Notes: generated from the letters alone by a model not told the origin. A DNA stretch of 64,000 nucleotides from Eledone cirrhosa (GCA_964016885.1 OZ024742.1:257796001-257860000), one strand, 5' to 3'. Positions 1 through 12,851 are shown, counted from the stretch's first letter. Numbers and translations are program-made.

Positions 1-597
1 ATTGGATAATGTGTAAGCATTTTGACCTGCCCCATCAAAAGAATTGGTGGGAGCATCAACCACCTCCCATACTTGAAAAAGATCACATCTCAATCTTGTG
101 GAACTTTAGCATCCAAACAGACCGAAAAATAGATGCAAATAGACCTGATATAATATTGAAGGACTTTCAAAAGATGGTATGCCTGCTAATTGATATGTCT
201 GTTCCAATAGACAAGAATGTATCTATAAAAACATTTGAAAAATTGAGCAAGTATAAGGACCTGGAGATAGAAATTGGAAAAATGTGGAAATTGAGAACTA
301 AAACAATACCAGTGGTTGTAGGCGCTCTGGGAATGATATCTAAGGGGTCTAATGATTACATATCGCAAATCCCAGGAAACCCGCGTATAGGAGAAATACA
401 AAAGATAGTACTAATGGGAACTGCCCATATACTAAGGAAGATTCTGTCAATATAAGTACATCACAAGTCTAAACACTAAAGATGCATGTGTGAATATGTA
501 TGTTCTTTCTTGAACATGGCGGACCTTGTTGTCTCTTGAGGTCACTGGTTGTGACTTGGTGATAACTCGTATGAACATAAAGCAAGATAAATGCAAC
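1..597 (+). mobile_element. 3' end of R4/Dong-type non-LTR retrotransposon (restriction-like endonuclease domain plus 3' UTR), copy A
   Basis: ORF 9-455 has ILWNFSIQTDRKIDANRPDI...IDMSVP...EKLSKYKDL...IPVVVGALG, a PD-(D/E)xK RLE typical of R4/Dong. It ends in an (AAT)n tract at about 598-618. Confidence 0.85.
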
Positions 598-618
598 TAT
601 AATAATAATAATAATAAT

Positions 619-2510
619 AGGATGCCGAAAGAAGTCACGTGGTACAAAGGACCAGTTACTAATTGATAAGATGCTAATGGGGAATTGCAGGAGGAGACAC
701 ACTGATCTTGCCATGGGATGGATAGACTACAGAAAGGCATTTGACATGGTGCCTCATTCTTGGATCACCAAAAGCCTGGAGATCTTCAAGGTAGCAGATA
801 ACATCAGACAGTTGTTGGGCAAGAGTATGAGGTCCTGGGAAACAGAGTTGACATCAACTGGAGAATCCTTGTGAAGCGTGAAGATCAAGAGAGGTATCTT
901 CCAGGGAGATAGCCTGTCCCCTCTGTTGTTTGTTCTTGCCCTGATGCCCCTGACCAGTGTACTGCGAATAGTGAGAGCAGGATACAGGTTGGGAAAGGGA
1001 GGGCTTACCATCAATCACCTCCTCTTCATGGACGATCTTAAGCTCTTCGGGAAGAGTGAGAAAGAGTTGGCTGTGCTTGTAGACACTGTCCGTATTTTCA
1101 GCAGTGATATATGTATGCAGTTTGGTATTAGTAAGTGTAGGGTCATTGTGAAAGGAAGGGTAGGTTGAGCAGAAGTAACGGAATCCAGATACCAACAGGT
1201 GAGATGATAAAGGAAATTGACTCTGAGGAAGGATACAAGTATTTGGGCGTTCTGGAGGCTGATGGCATAAAGAACAAAAAAATGAAGGAATTGTTAAGAA
1301 CTGAATACATTCGGAGAATAAGGAGCGTATTGAAGTCACATCTGAACAGCAGAAATGCCATAAGCGCAGTCAATTCCCGAGCTGTGTCTATTATTAGGTA
1401 CAGTGCGGGAATTCTGAAATGGAATGTTGCTGAACAAAAAGAAATGGATAGGAAAACTAGGAAGCTATTGACTATCTACAACATGTTCCACAAGAGCAGT
1501 GATGTCGATATACTCTAGCTAAGGAGATCTGAGGGTGGAAGAGGTCTTATCAGCATAGAGGACTGTGTTCAGATGGAGAAAAACAACCTACACAAATACG
1601 TGACTGATAGTAAGGAGCCAATGCTCAAAACTGTACTGAAGGAGGGGACAATAGGCCAGGGGATGTCCAAGGAGGAAATAACATCAAAGAGAAAGAGCAG
1701 CCTTCAGGAAAAATCCCTTCATAGTACCTTCTTTGAGAAAACTGAATTTAGAGATCCACAGACATGGAACTGGTTGAGAAGAGGAGACCTTAAAAAGGCT
1801 ACAGAAGGAATGTTAATGGCTGCGCAGGAGCAGGCCCTCAAAACGAAGTGGTTGAAACACCATATTTACAAGGAGGAGGCTAGCCCACTGTGCAGGATCT
1901 GTGGAGAGAGAGAGGAGACTGTGGTTCACATTGTACTATAAGGGCTGGAGACATGATGTGATGGGCAGGGTGATCCACTGGCACCTGTGCAAAGTAAACA
2001 ATTTACCACATTCTGAGAAATGGTAGGAGCATAAGCCAGAGGCGGTGATGGAGAACAATCAGGTGAAGGTGCTGTGGGATTTTAGGATACAGACGGACAA
2101 AAAACTGGAACACAATAGACCTGACCTGGTGGTTGTGGACAAAGAAAAAAGATCGTGTCTGATTGTGGATGTGGCCTGCCCTTTCGACACGAGAGTGCAG
2201 GAGAAGGAGAGGGAGAAAATTAACCGATACCAGGACCTAAAGTGGGAGGTGAAAAGGATTTGGAACTGCCATGAAATCAAAGTGATCCCGATTGTCATAG
2301 GCGCACTGGGGACTATCTCCAAAAGTTTCCAGGGATGGTTAAAGAAAATCGGCCCCTTCACGCTTTTTGGAACGCTTCAAAAGGCATGCTTGCTGGGAAC
2401 AGCAAGAACCCTCCGATACGTCCTGAATATCTGAGGCTGCAGGTAGTGGCTTGATATTCATTCCAACGGACTTTCCAGTTAACCAACATCAATGACTGAG
2501 ATTCAAGGAA
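619..2510 (+). mobile_element. 5'-truncated, disrupted R4/Dong-type non-LTR retrotransposon (RT, zinc knuckle, RLE), copy B
   Basis: RT motifs [27 protein letters not shown] and HLLFMDDLKL; zinc knuckle CRICGEREETVVHI; RLE LWDFRIQTD...RPDLVV...DVACP. Several stops and frameshifts. Flanked by (TAA)n at 598-618 and 2509-2565. Confidence 0.9.
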
Positions 2511-2517
2511 TAACAAC

Positions 2518-2566
<49 letters not shown>

Positions 2567-2802
2567 TTTACTTTTATATTGTTATTATGAATGCATAAAT
2601 AAATATATACTCAGTCATGGATGTGTGGATAAGGAGCCAACTTGGCTAAGAAAAGGATAGTACTCGATGAAGGTTGAGAAGCCGAGTAGGTATTTTTCGG
2701 GATATAATCCCACCAGTGAGCCCAGCGATTTCTACTTCACTTCAACTACAAGTATTTTAAAGCCAATCACAAACGCTCCGCTCAATATTTTTCACCTTCC
2801 AA

Positions 2803-3170
2803 ATACAGGAGGGTAATCCCAAAAGTAAGGTCTCCAAAGCGATGGGGACGCTGAGAATCTGTTTGTAAGGCTGTTGGCAACACTGTTGTGATTGGTGCTT
2901 CCTTCACTCCCAAACAAACATGCGTGCGCTTCGCTGGGCTGATCAATCTTGGCTTGCAGCCGTTGAGAATAGAGCTCCCGTTGAACGCTACCGCTAAGTG
3001 TGAATTTCGCGCAGTTATTATATACGAGGGCAATCCCAAAATGAGGTCACCTTCCGGGCAAAACATGCGTAAAGATCGGCGGATCACTCCGGATGCTCTC
3101 TGCATTTTGGTTCCTGAGATTTCCCGAAGCACCATCCACAGGATTTTAACGGAAAATTGCAATATCGGAA
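2803..3170 (+). mobile_element. Mariner-like transposon remnant
   Basis: Translates to ELPLNATAKCEFRAVI and KDRRIT...EISRSTIHRILTE (mariner N-terminal HTHs). TIR-like TAC(A)GGAGGGxAATCCCAAAA at about 2804 and 3023. Confidence 0.6.
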
Positions 3171-3445
3171 GGACAGCTTACTTTAGGGATTGCCCTCGTA
3201 TTTTAACTGATTATTTCAAATATTGTTTATAGTTATACATACTTATTATTTTCCTTTGAGTTGGCACTAGTAAATTTCAAATACATATGTGTGTATGTGT
3301 GTTGATGCCCATTTCGTTCCGTTATGGAGGCTTAGATGTCTCGTTATCAGATTATTTTCTGTAGTCAAAATGGAAAAAGCCTACAATATATATCTGTACA
3401 ACCTAAACACCTACGCCCACACATCACACAAACACACACGATTCT

Positions 3446-3543
<98 letters not shown>

Positions 3544-3669
3544 TGTGTGTGTGAATGTGTGTATGTATGAGTGTGTGTGGGGGTTTATGTGTGCGTAGGA
3601 CTTAATAAAGAGGGGCATGCTCCGACGGCCCTTTTTTGATAGCTCTAAATTGTGTCTAATCTGTTCTGA

Positions 3670-4330
3670 TTATGTTAACTCAAGAAATCCAAAAGCACGC
3701 TGCATCCATTGTCTTAAATGAGGTGCATTTTAATGATCGTTTGTTGAAAGGTTTTGCAAAGAGATGGAAGCCACTGATTGGGATTCTATAGAAGCTGCCA
3801 CTCGTACAACTATTGCTAAGTGTCCAAATACTATCAGAATAGCCATATTGTTAAGAACGGCACAGAAAACTAATGACAAGTTCTTAAGAAATTAATTAGT
3901 GCCATGCCCAAGTAGAGGAAATTTGAAATATTGTGCATAAGGACCTTAACATAAATGATGAACAAAACCGCCTCATGCTCACAAAGCACTTCTTGGGGGA
4001 AATCAAATCATCAAAAGCCTGGAATGCTATGGTCTTTCTCGGATGACAAAACCTATGATCAGGATCAAGACTCAACCGAAGGATTGAGTGATGGTTATGC
4101 AGAGACCCTAAATTCGTTCCAACTGTAATGCACACAAAGTTTCGGCTAACTGTGAATGATTTGCGTGCCGTGAGCAGTGAGGGAGATGCCATGCATTCTC
4201 ACTACTTCATACAGGTCTTTGGGTCAATGTAACTAAGTCTGACTATTGCAGAGGGTTGCTGACGATAGTGACCAAAGGGAGTACAGTTACCATAAAGCCT
4301 ATTCCGTCTATTAAGACCATGATGACCGAA
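3670..4330 (+). mobile_element. Degenerate Tc1/maT-like transposase remnant
   Basis: Frame-broken translation WLCRDPKFVPTVMHTKF...VSSEGDAMHSHYF resembles the K(F)PxxVMV.GVVS.EG.VMPPHFF region of Tc1/maT transposases. Confidence 0.55.
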
Positions 4331-4683
4331 GAATGGTTGAGTTAAAATCTCCAAAATCAAGACACGTATAACATGTAAAAAAATAAATAAATAAATAAGT
4401 AAAATAAATAAAGATAATCTGAGTGGGGCATATCAACGTTTCAGACCTCATATTAAAGGAGATCCATTGAGTAGATGCGAGGAGTGTATGAAGATTATTC
4501 ATGCCATCTTTTTCTCAATTATAGCTTTTCTTTCCTGAATTGTGCGCCTTCTGCTAAGTTGATGCAAATGTTCACAAAGAACTGAGCAATCATAAGAATG
4601 GACTTGTTATTTTTATCTAAAGACATTTTTTCCAATTCCAACCAGCCCGATCCCTCGATCTATCTTATTCCTCATTCTTTCTT

Positions 4684-4712
4684 TTGATGAAGGACTACCG
4701 TCCGAAACATTG
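4684..4712 (+). ncRNA. Decayed hammerhead ribozyme core
   Basis: TTGATGA-A-GGAC-TACC-GTCC-GAAAC. Stem II is intact, but C3, the cleavage triplet and stem I are not recognisable. Confidence 0.4.
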
Positions 4713-4800
4713 CGACCCTCTTCCTGCTATATCAAGCGTTAACCTAATTTATCCCTTCCATATACTGTATACGATTGTGTTGCTACATCTGTTTACCTTT

Positions 4801-4990
<190 letters not shown>

Positions 4991-5512
4991 TATGAAAAAC
5001 GTAAAATAAGAAAATTATAGTAATTAGCTTAATTATATAAATTTCACTCCAACTAATTAGTTTCTGAAAGGGAATATACATAGTCTACAAATGGAAACCA
5101 TGGAGAAAGATTTCCGTCATTAGGGAGTCATTCTCAGCTAAGATACCTGGCGATGCCCTTGCATTGAACCACAAAGTTACTAAGACAAGACCTATATATT
5201 TCCTTGTATAGGTATACATCTATATATATATGTTGGTAGATATACTAATTCTTTATATATATATATAGATAGATAGATATAATATAGATATATATATTTT
5301 ATAATATATATATATATTTGTTCAACCAGCCGTGACGCTTAAACCAATCAGCTTTATTAATTCAGTGAAACTACACACTGATTGGTCGAAATACAGTTTG
5401 CAGAGCTTAGCATTTTGGAGCCACTTTTCCCTGTATAAAATGTATAAAAGGTAGGAAATTTACCCATCTTATTCCAGTTGAAAATTGAAAACTTGACTGT
5501 CACCACATATTA

Positions 5513-5551
5513 TGAACCTGAAGATTGCGAAAGCATGAAAGTACTTGTACA
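5513..5551 (+). ncRNA. Minimal type I hammerhead ribozyme (family shared with 25881-25918)
   Basis: TGAAC-CTGAAGA-T-TGC-GAAA-GCA-T-GAAA-GTAC-TT-GTACA. GNRA-capped stem II, palindromic stem III AGTACT, CUU triplet. Lies in a repeat at about 5475-5645 with an inverted copy at about 25785-25958. Confidence 0.65.
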
Positions 5552-5707
5552 ATTAACACTTCGAATTAAATATTCTATCATACTATTTCATTATATTACC
5601 ATTATAAATGTTAAAGGATTGTAAATAAAACGAGTAAATCAGACAAAGTGGGAATTCCTCTTATTAATATAATCTTCTATACACATGTATATTTACCCGT
5701 GTATATT

Positions 5708-5867
<160 letters not shown>

Positions 5868-6778
5868 TAGATAGATAGATATAAAATAGATAGATATAAT
5901 ATAGATATATATAATATATATATTTTACTTTATTTTATATTATTTTATTTTATTTTATTTTATTGCGCGGGCACATATATGCATGTGTGTGCATACACGC
6001 ATACCGGAATGTGTATGCATGTCCGGGTGTATCTAATTGTATGAACATGTCTGTGTATGTGTATGCATATCTATGTGTAGATTCGTAATTTATTCGTCAG
6101 TATATGGACGCTGAGTCTTAAGTATATATGATTCACTGAGTACAGTCTGTGTGTGTGGATGTGCGTATACTTATGAAAAATGCCTTTGAAATAATTTTTT
6201 GAAGGGCTCTTCCATGCATCTTTTGAAAGACGTTCTTTTTTGTAGGGTTTTTATAGGGTTTTCTTTTTGAAATGTGAGATTTTTAAGGTATTCTGAGGGT
6301 GTGTTTTTATGAAACGCCCTTTTAAATGTTATTTTTAAATTATTTTAAAAAAGGTTTTTTAAATGTTTTTTTAAATGTTTTTTCTTTCTAAGTATTCGAT
6401 ACACATTTAGTATTTAATATTTACTGTGATTGTCGTATATGAGACAGTTGCGGGTGTGTATCATATCGGTGTGGGTGTATGAGTGCCCATACCTAACACT
6501 GTGGGAGCCTACAATCCAGCAGGGCATCAACAAGACGCGACCGGTTCAATCATACAACCCCTTACCTACTACAGTAGTAATCCCGATATAAGAAACAACT
6601 TTGATTGATGGGTGTCAATTGAAAGGAATCAGATATACAATGGCAATGAGTGGCCAATAATACTGATGACGTGAACAATTCTTGACAACTCATAGAATGA
6701 AAGCAACAGTATCTAAGCTGCCGAGCGAAGGCAGCGTGCATAACTGGCCGCATTTGGAAACTGTGCTTCGTAGAATCG

Positions 6779-6875
6779 AGACATATCCGAGGATCTTGCG
6801 ATTTCAGAGTCAGGTTTCATTATTGCATCGATCGTGCCTCAAACTGGTCGCCAGAGAAACGATGGTAATATGTCT
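6779..6875 (+). ncRNA. Type I hammerhead ribozyme with CCGAGGA core
   Basis: Stem I AGACATAT/ATATGTCT (8 bp); CCGAGGA; stem II TCTTGCGATT/GGTCGCCAGA; GAAACGATGGTA (GUA triplet); followed by AATAAA. Confidence 0.65.
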
Positions 6876-6945
6876 AATAAATCTTATTCATAGCACGACT
6901 GATTATCCGTTTCTTATGTGATATAAATATATATATATATATATC

Positions 6946-6993
<48 letters not shown>

Positions 6994-6996
6994 AAA

Positions 6997-7032
<36 letters not shown>

Positions 7033-7050
7033 ATGTATGCGTGTGTGTGT

Positions 7051-7091
<41 letters not shown>

Positions 7092-7146
7092 TGTGTGTGT
7101 GTGTGTGTTTGTGTGTGTGTGTGGGTGTGTGTGTATGTGTGCGTGT

Positions 7147-7440
7147 GTATTGTTATACTTGGGAAGAGTCATATTGTTATAATATTGCCGAGAAATAATA
7201 AAAGGACAAAATAACAGTTCAGTACTATACGAACACGCGAGAAAAAGACATGCCGGTAATATAGACAACATAGAACTTAAAATAATATCTAAGCATAGAT
7301 ACTCAATAGGTAGGCAAATCAGAGAAGCAACTAAGATAGAACTATGAAGAACGAAGTTGAACAGAAAGAACGAATGGAATACCATCAACAACCATACCCA
7401 AACAAACAATACTGACTTAACAGAAATATAAAGAAATATA
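7147..7440 (+). mobile_element. PLE 3' fragment (end of GIY-YIG region) preceded by an inverted PLE tail
   Basis: KGQNNSSVLYEHARKRHAGNIDNIELKIISKHRYS...LNRKNEWN, near-identical to the inverted copy at 8080-8310. 7147-7180 is the reverse complement of the ATGACxCTxCCCAAGTATAACAAT tail. Confidence 0.75.
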
Positions 7441-7501
7441 TATATAATTGAAAAAGTGAAGAATAACATTGTCAACAGTACAAAGAAGGACATTTATTTA
7501 C

Positions 7502-7607
7502 AGTCTAACAATTGTTTCAATGACAGAGATGTCTAGAAATTGCTAAACACTGAAGGCAGTGGTACTCAATTTAAAAGCATGCAACCTCCCTCATCTCGTC
7601 AGAGACT
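7502..7607 (-). ncRNA. Type I hammerhead ribozyme with extended stem II
   Basis: Minus strand: AGTCT-CTGACGA-GATGA...(long insert)...TCATT-GAAAC-AATT-GTT-AGACT. Stem III is the palindrome ACAATTGT; GUU triplet. Confidence 0.75.
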
Positions 7608-7687
7608 AAGGGAAAATACAAATGATTTTGTATTTTGTATACAAATGATTTTGTATTTTGTATACAAATGATTTTGTATTTTCTCTT

Positions 7688-7793
7688 AGTCTCTGATGAA
7701 ATGATGTAGGTTGCATGTTTTTAAATTGAGTGCCACTGCCTTCAGTGTTTAGCAATTTCTAGATATCGCTATCATTGAAACAATTTTTAGACT
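7688..7793 (+). ncRNA. Second arm copy of the extended hammerhead (stem III mutated)
   Basis: AGTCT-CTGATGA-AATGA...TCATT-GAAAC-AATT-TTT-AGACT. Confidence 0.6.
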
Positions 7794-8012
7794 GTAAATA
7801 AATGTCCTTGTGTGTACTGTTGATCTTGTTATTCTTCCCTTTTTTAATTTTATCACTCCAAGATATACTTACATAGGAATACAAGTGAAGTCATTAACTC
7901 GTCATCTACATAAAACTCTTGTTGAGTCACACAACGCCGTAAGCTTAAACTATCCATGATAACTAGTTTTCACAACCTCTTATCGGATTACCTTTAACGA
8001 TATATTGTTATC

Positions 8013-8079
<67 letters not shown>

Positions 8080-8084
<5 letters not shown>

Positions 8085-8878
8085 TTCTGTTAAGTCAGTA
8101 TTGTTTGTTTGGGTATGGTTGTTGTTGTTATTCCATTCGTTCTTTCTGTTCAACTTCGGTCTTAGTTCTATCTCAATTGCTTCTCTGATTTGCCTGTCTG
8201 TTGAGTATCTATGCTTAGATATTATTTCATGTTCTATGTTGTCTATATTACCAGCATGTCTTTGTCTGGCGTGTTCGTATAGTACTGAACCGTTATTTTG
8301 TCCTTTTAGTTCCCCACAGTGTTGGACTATTCTCTCTCCAATGCTTCGAGCTGTCTCACTTATGTATGTCGCTGTCATATTTCTGCAAGTACCCTCTCTA
8401 CACCTTATAATATAGGCTACATTTCTAGTTTTACAGTTTATCTAGGGGTTCATTTTACATATAACACCTTTCTTATTTGTACAGTACGTTTTCTTTGCTG
8501 ATCAGGGATGTTATGGTATTTTCTGTCTTTTCTACCACTTTAATCTTTAAATGTTTTTTTTTAGGGCCTTTCTACATTGGTTAGCTAATTTCCCTCTAGG
8601 GTTAGCATCCACGAACATGACACGTCGGTATCTCTGGTTGTCGTACCCTGAAGTGGGTTTCCCTAACTTATGTTTATTCCTATCTAAGCTATTCCATGGT
8701 TTGGTCCTGTATAATGGGCAAATTTATTTCATGTCCATTTCTATGAGGGTCTTATATTTCTCCATGTCTCCTTTGTATTATCTAGATCCATACGATTGAT
8801 GAAGTTTGGATGTCTCTTTCCATTTCAGTCGGGTCACACATGCGGGCCACATTCTTCATCACTCTTACCATTCTCCAT

Positions 8879-8885
<7 letters not shown>
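8080..8885 (-). mobile_element. Penelope-like element fragment (linker plus GIY-YIG endonuclease), disrupted
   Basis: Minus strand gives ...TATYISETARSIGERIVQH...SVLYEHAR...RQIREAIEI...LNRKNEW, a GIY-YIG C-terminus. Bounded by (TA)n on both sides. Confidence 0.8.
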
Positions 8886-8933
<48 letters not shown>

Positions 8934-8976
8934 GATGAAACATAAGTCAATTGCATGAACTCATAATCCTTTATTT

Positions 8977-9032
8977 ACTGCTATATATATTTCGATGATA
9001 GCCATTGAATGGCTATGATCTCATCAGGCAGT
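8977..9032 (-). ncRNA. Type I hammerhead ribozyme
   Basis: ACTGC-CTGATGA-GATCATAGCCAT-TCA-ATGGCTATCATC-GAAA-TATATATA-GCAGT. All three stems close, stem III is palindromic, AUA triplet. The cassette of about 165 bp lies between two (TA)n tracts. Confidence 0.85.
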
Positions 9033-9091
9033 TAGTCAGTTCTTAGATATGCTAGCTCTGTGTGTATAGTTTTGATGGTATCAGAGCCTTG

Positions 9092-9130
<39 letters not shown>

Positions 9131-9149
9131 CAGAGATGGGGCGTAAATA

Positions 9150-9900
9150 GGGAGATTGGCGGAATTATTAAAGAATCGATCGGGAAACTTGGCCGTATCT
9201 TCCCTCACCAGTTGTGCATTATGTGTTAAGATACAGCCTCCTGCCACCAACAAAGAGCTGGCGATACATTTGCCCGAATGTGTGCACTTGGTTACTTCTA
9301 AAGATTGTGTTCTCTTTTTTCTGATCATTATATTATTAATCTGAGTTAAAATCTCGCCGAGTTCAACCATAAATTCTAGCATCCCTTGGTCGTTAAAATA
9401 AAATGTTGTGAAATACTAGTTTTGATATAAAGGACTTTCCTCTCCATAGGAATTGCAGGCCTTGTGCCTAGATGAGAATGGATAATTATAGGGCGGCCAA
9501 TTATCCTTATCGGTAGATATTCGCACAGCAAAGTTAAGGATTTTATGTTCGCAGAACAAATCCAGCCTATGTTAGCTATGCAATTCATCCCATCGGATGG
9601 TAGATATCGTGCTAAAAGCGGAAACAATTATTATTCATTTGAGTAAGTTGCCCAATACAAGATCGGTACGTTGCGGGTTCGATTTCCATAGGCGGGTTGT
9701 GCTCTGGTGCAAAACATTTTATTTCACGTTTCTCTCGTTCATACATTTGGCAAAACTCAGTTGTAATTATTGTTCAAAGAACCATCGTTGTCACACACTG
9801 TGACAAGATGTATCACTCTGCCTTAGGGGTGGACATGCCTTTGGTATGCTGAACAATTTGCGCTTTCATTTTAGGAAATTTAGGAAATTCTCTTGTTATA
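9150..9900 (+). mobile_element. Cluster of degenerate tRNA-derived SINEs
   Basis: 3' motif GGCCTTGTGCCTA...AATTAT at about 9458-9490; B-box GGTTCGATT at about 9676 followed by a CORE-like segment. Confidence 0.5.
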
Positions 9901-9945
9901 ACAACTAGATCACTGGTCGTCGAAATATCCATACAAATACACAAG

Positions 9946-10088
9946 TTTCTTCTCCTTCTTCCTTTTCTTCTTCTTCTTCTACTTCTTCGTCTTCTTCTTC
10001 TTCTTCTTCTTCTTCTTCTTCTTCTTCTTCTTCTTCTTCTTCTTCTTCTTCTTCTTCTGCTTCTTCTTCTTCTCTTCATCCTTCTTCC
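9946..10088. repeat. (CTT)n microsatellite
   Basis: Directly visible. Confidence 0.95.
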
Positions 10089-11390
10089 ATATCTGTCCAG
10101 TCAGAATTTATTACTCATCAGAATTCTGTACGACTGTCCTGTCATGCGTGAAATTGAAACCCTATGCCCTCACTTTACGAATTAATCGTGGGGTGAATAT
10201 ATTAATTTCCGTGAAGTTATTCAACCAAGACGAAACTCCGTCAGCATTCGACTAATTCTAAAGCAGTTGTTAATATTTACTCATCATATGATCTAATCTC
10301 TCACCGAAATTTCGTGTAAATTTTTTAATCGTTTAACACAGTGGCAAGCATGAGCAGACAATAGCATCGAGCTTAATGGTTATAAACACCAGATATGTGT
10401 GTGCATATGTGTGTGAGTATATGTGTGTGCTTCATGTTGGATATTATTTGGTATTAAATATTGAGTTGCTATTTAGATGGTATTTACAAATGATTGAAAG
10501 TCCAGAAATGCAAAAATAAAACAATTTGTAGACACAACACGATCAGCAACATTCTGTTTCTTTCACTCTTTCATACACACACATACGAAGACAAACCGTT
10601 TGTAGATATGTATACTCTCGTGATATACATACCTACTGTATATACCATACAATTCAACCACCGAAGGGTATATATGTGGAGGTAGCATGCACCAAGGATA
10701 AAACGAGTTCGCATTGCAATAAATATTTCCCCAGTTCGTTCCCGCTGAGTTGTACGAATATCATTTAACATAAACCTAGATCAACTCACAGCCTGTGTGT
10801 GAAATTGGGTAGATGTAGACTGTTTGGAAGAGCTTCAGATTAACTGAATCTGTAATTCAAAGGGCCAGTTTCTTACAGATTATGACACGTTAAATGTGCG
10901 TTTGTCTATTGAAGGACCAGCAAATTACACGGCAATTCTGTCTCCACACACATATTCTTTCAACCCACCCTCATATGCATACACCCATACACACACACAC
11001 ACGCACACACACACGCATATATATATATATATGTACTAGCTGGCCCGTCTGGCTGGCGTCCGGCTAGGTATACCTGCCCCCACTACTCCACCGTAAAGAT
11101 ACCACACACAATCCGTGAGTGACTGTGTCCTTCCGACTTCTAGCAAAGGGGAGGAGCTACCGTAGAAATGAGTTTAAAAAGAAAGAGTTAAGCTGTATGT
11201 TAATATACATACATACATACGACCGTCAGGTTTATAAGTAATTATTTCAGAAAACGTTGCAACCGAAGCAGCGATTCTTTGCTTAAACTTTAATCTGAAA
11301 TTTTAATAAATATTTGCGCTACGGTTCTTATATATCTGATATATATTTATCCTTATCGAGTCCTCTTTGTATTTTAGTTTTCAAATTTAT

Positions 11391-11436
<46 letters not shown>

Positions 11437-12375
11437 TGCAGCGTTTTTCGTACAACTGTTTTCATATATGATAAATAACATATGTAGATAACAGATATAA
11501 TTATGTGTTGGTTATGTGTGCATGTATGCAACTGTACGTGTCTGCTTCTGTGTGACTTTGTATCTGTGTGTCTTTCTTTGGTTTAGGTTTAGAGTGAAAT
11601 GAAGCGTTGAAACTTCTTTTTGAATTATCAGTTTATTGTTTCAGTTTGGACAAACTGAAGAAAGCTATAATTGTTTACATTCACAGAATTTATCATATTA
11701 TTTTCTGTCTTTAATTTCCAGTATTTCTTTCCATGTTTACTGTTTCCTTTTATTATTGTTTCTATTCCTTTAAAATTATATTTACTTTTTTTTGACATTA
11801 TCTGATGTTGGTGAAATATTGAACTTGATAAAACAACATATTTGCTTTTTTCATCCGGTTATAAGGTTAAAAGAAAGCCAGTATTTCTCATTAAATAACC
11901 AAACAAACATGATGCCAGTTAATTCACTGAGAGTTGTGTATGTATGTGTTATTATGTTTGTTATTAATTGTTATACTTTCTACATGAATGTATAAAGGTT
12001 ACTCATGTGTTGTGTGTGATATTTTATCACATACATTATTGGTTTTCTTGTAGGTTTGTGTATGATGCATACTATCAGAATATGTATTTTATTTATTGAT
12101 GAATTTCATGTAACAGGCGAACATACAATAGTGATAGTTGAACAATTTGATGTATAGAGTCTCAGATGTAACGGATACATATATAATACTGTACTTCGGA
12201 ATGTATTTATATACTCTGCATATTGTTACACTTGTAACCTATACAGGAACTACCACACGATCTACAATTGAAATAATTCATCCGCTGAGTAATACACTAC
12301 TATAAGCATAGTCTCTCTCTTGTTAAATAGTCAAATTAATTGATTACAGTAATGGAATTTGAATAATATAATTCT

Positions 12376-12432
<57 letters not shown>

Positions 12433-12709
12433 ATAGATTAACGGAGCCATAGACTCTCGCCTATCCCTGTCAGTAATGTGCTCAAAGGAGAAGGAATCCT
12501 GAGCTCTTTAAAATACAATATGTTGAAAAGTTAACACACTAGAGAGAGATAGTGCACCATCAATAAAACAGGGAAAAACCACTAGTGTATGGAATCTATA
12601 AGGTATGAAAGGCAGGGTAGACACGCGGTAATTAAAAATATAAATTAAAGTGTATATACTTTTTGAATGGCACACTATCTCTCTCTAGTGTGTTACCTTT
12701 TCAACATAT

Positions 12710-12789
<80 letters not shown>

Positions 12790-12792
<3 letters not shown>

Positions 12793-12851
12793 AGTATGTA
12801 TGTATACGTACATACATATATGTATACAGACGTACAGTAGCATGCATATAT

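Larger units (their letters stand above)
7447..7850. repeat. Fold-back cassette with outward-pointing HHRs and a central 23-bp tandem repeat (x3)
   Basis: About 7447-7620 is the reverse complement of about 7672-7850. The centre 7617-7680 repeats TACAAATGATTTTGTATTTTGTA. Confidence 0.85.

Noticed and set aside
11034-11240. Possible short Helitron-like element (ACTAGC start, (ACAT)n near end)
   Set aside because: The subterminal hairpin is weak and the other terminus is not identifiable.
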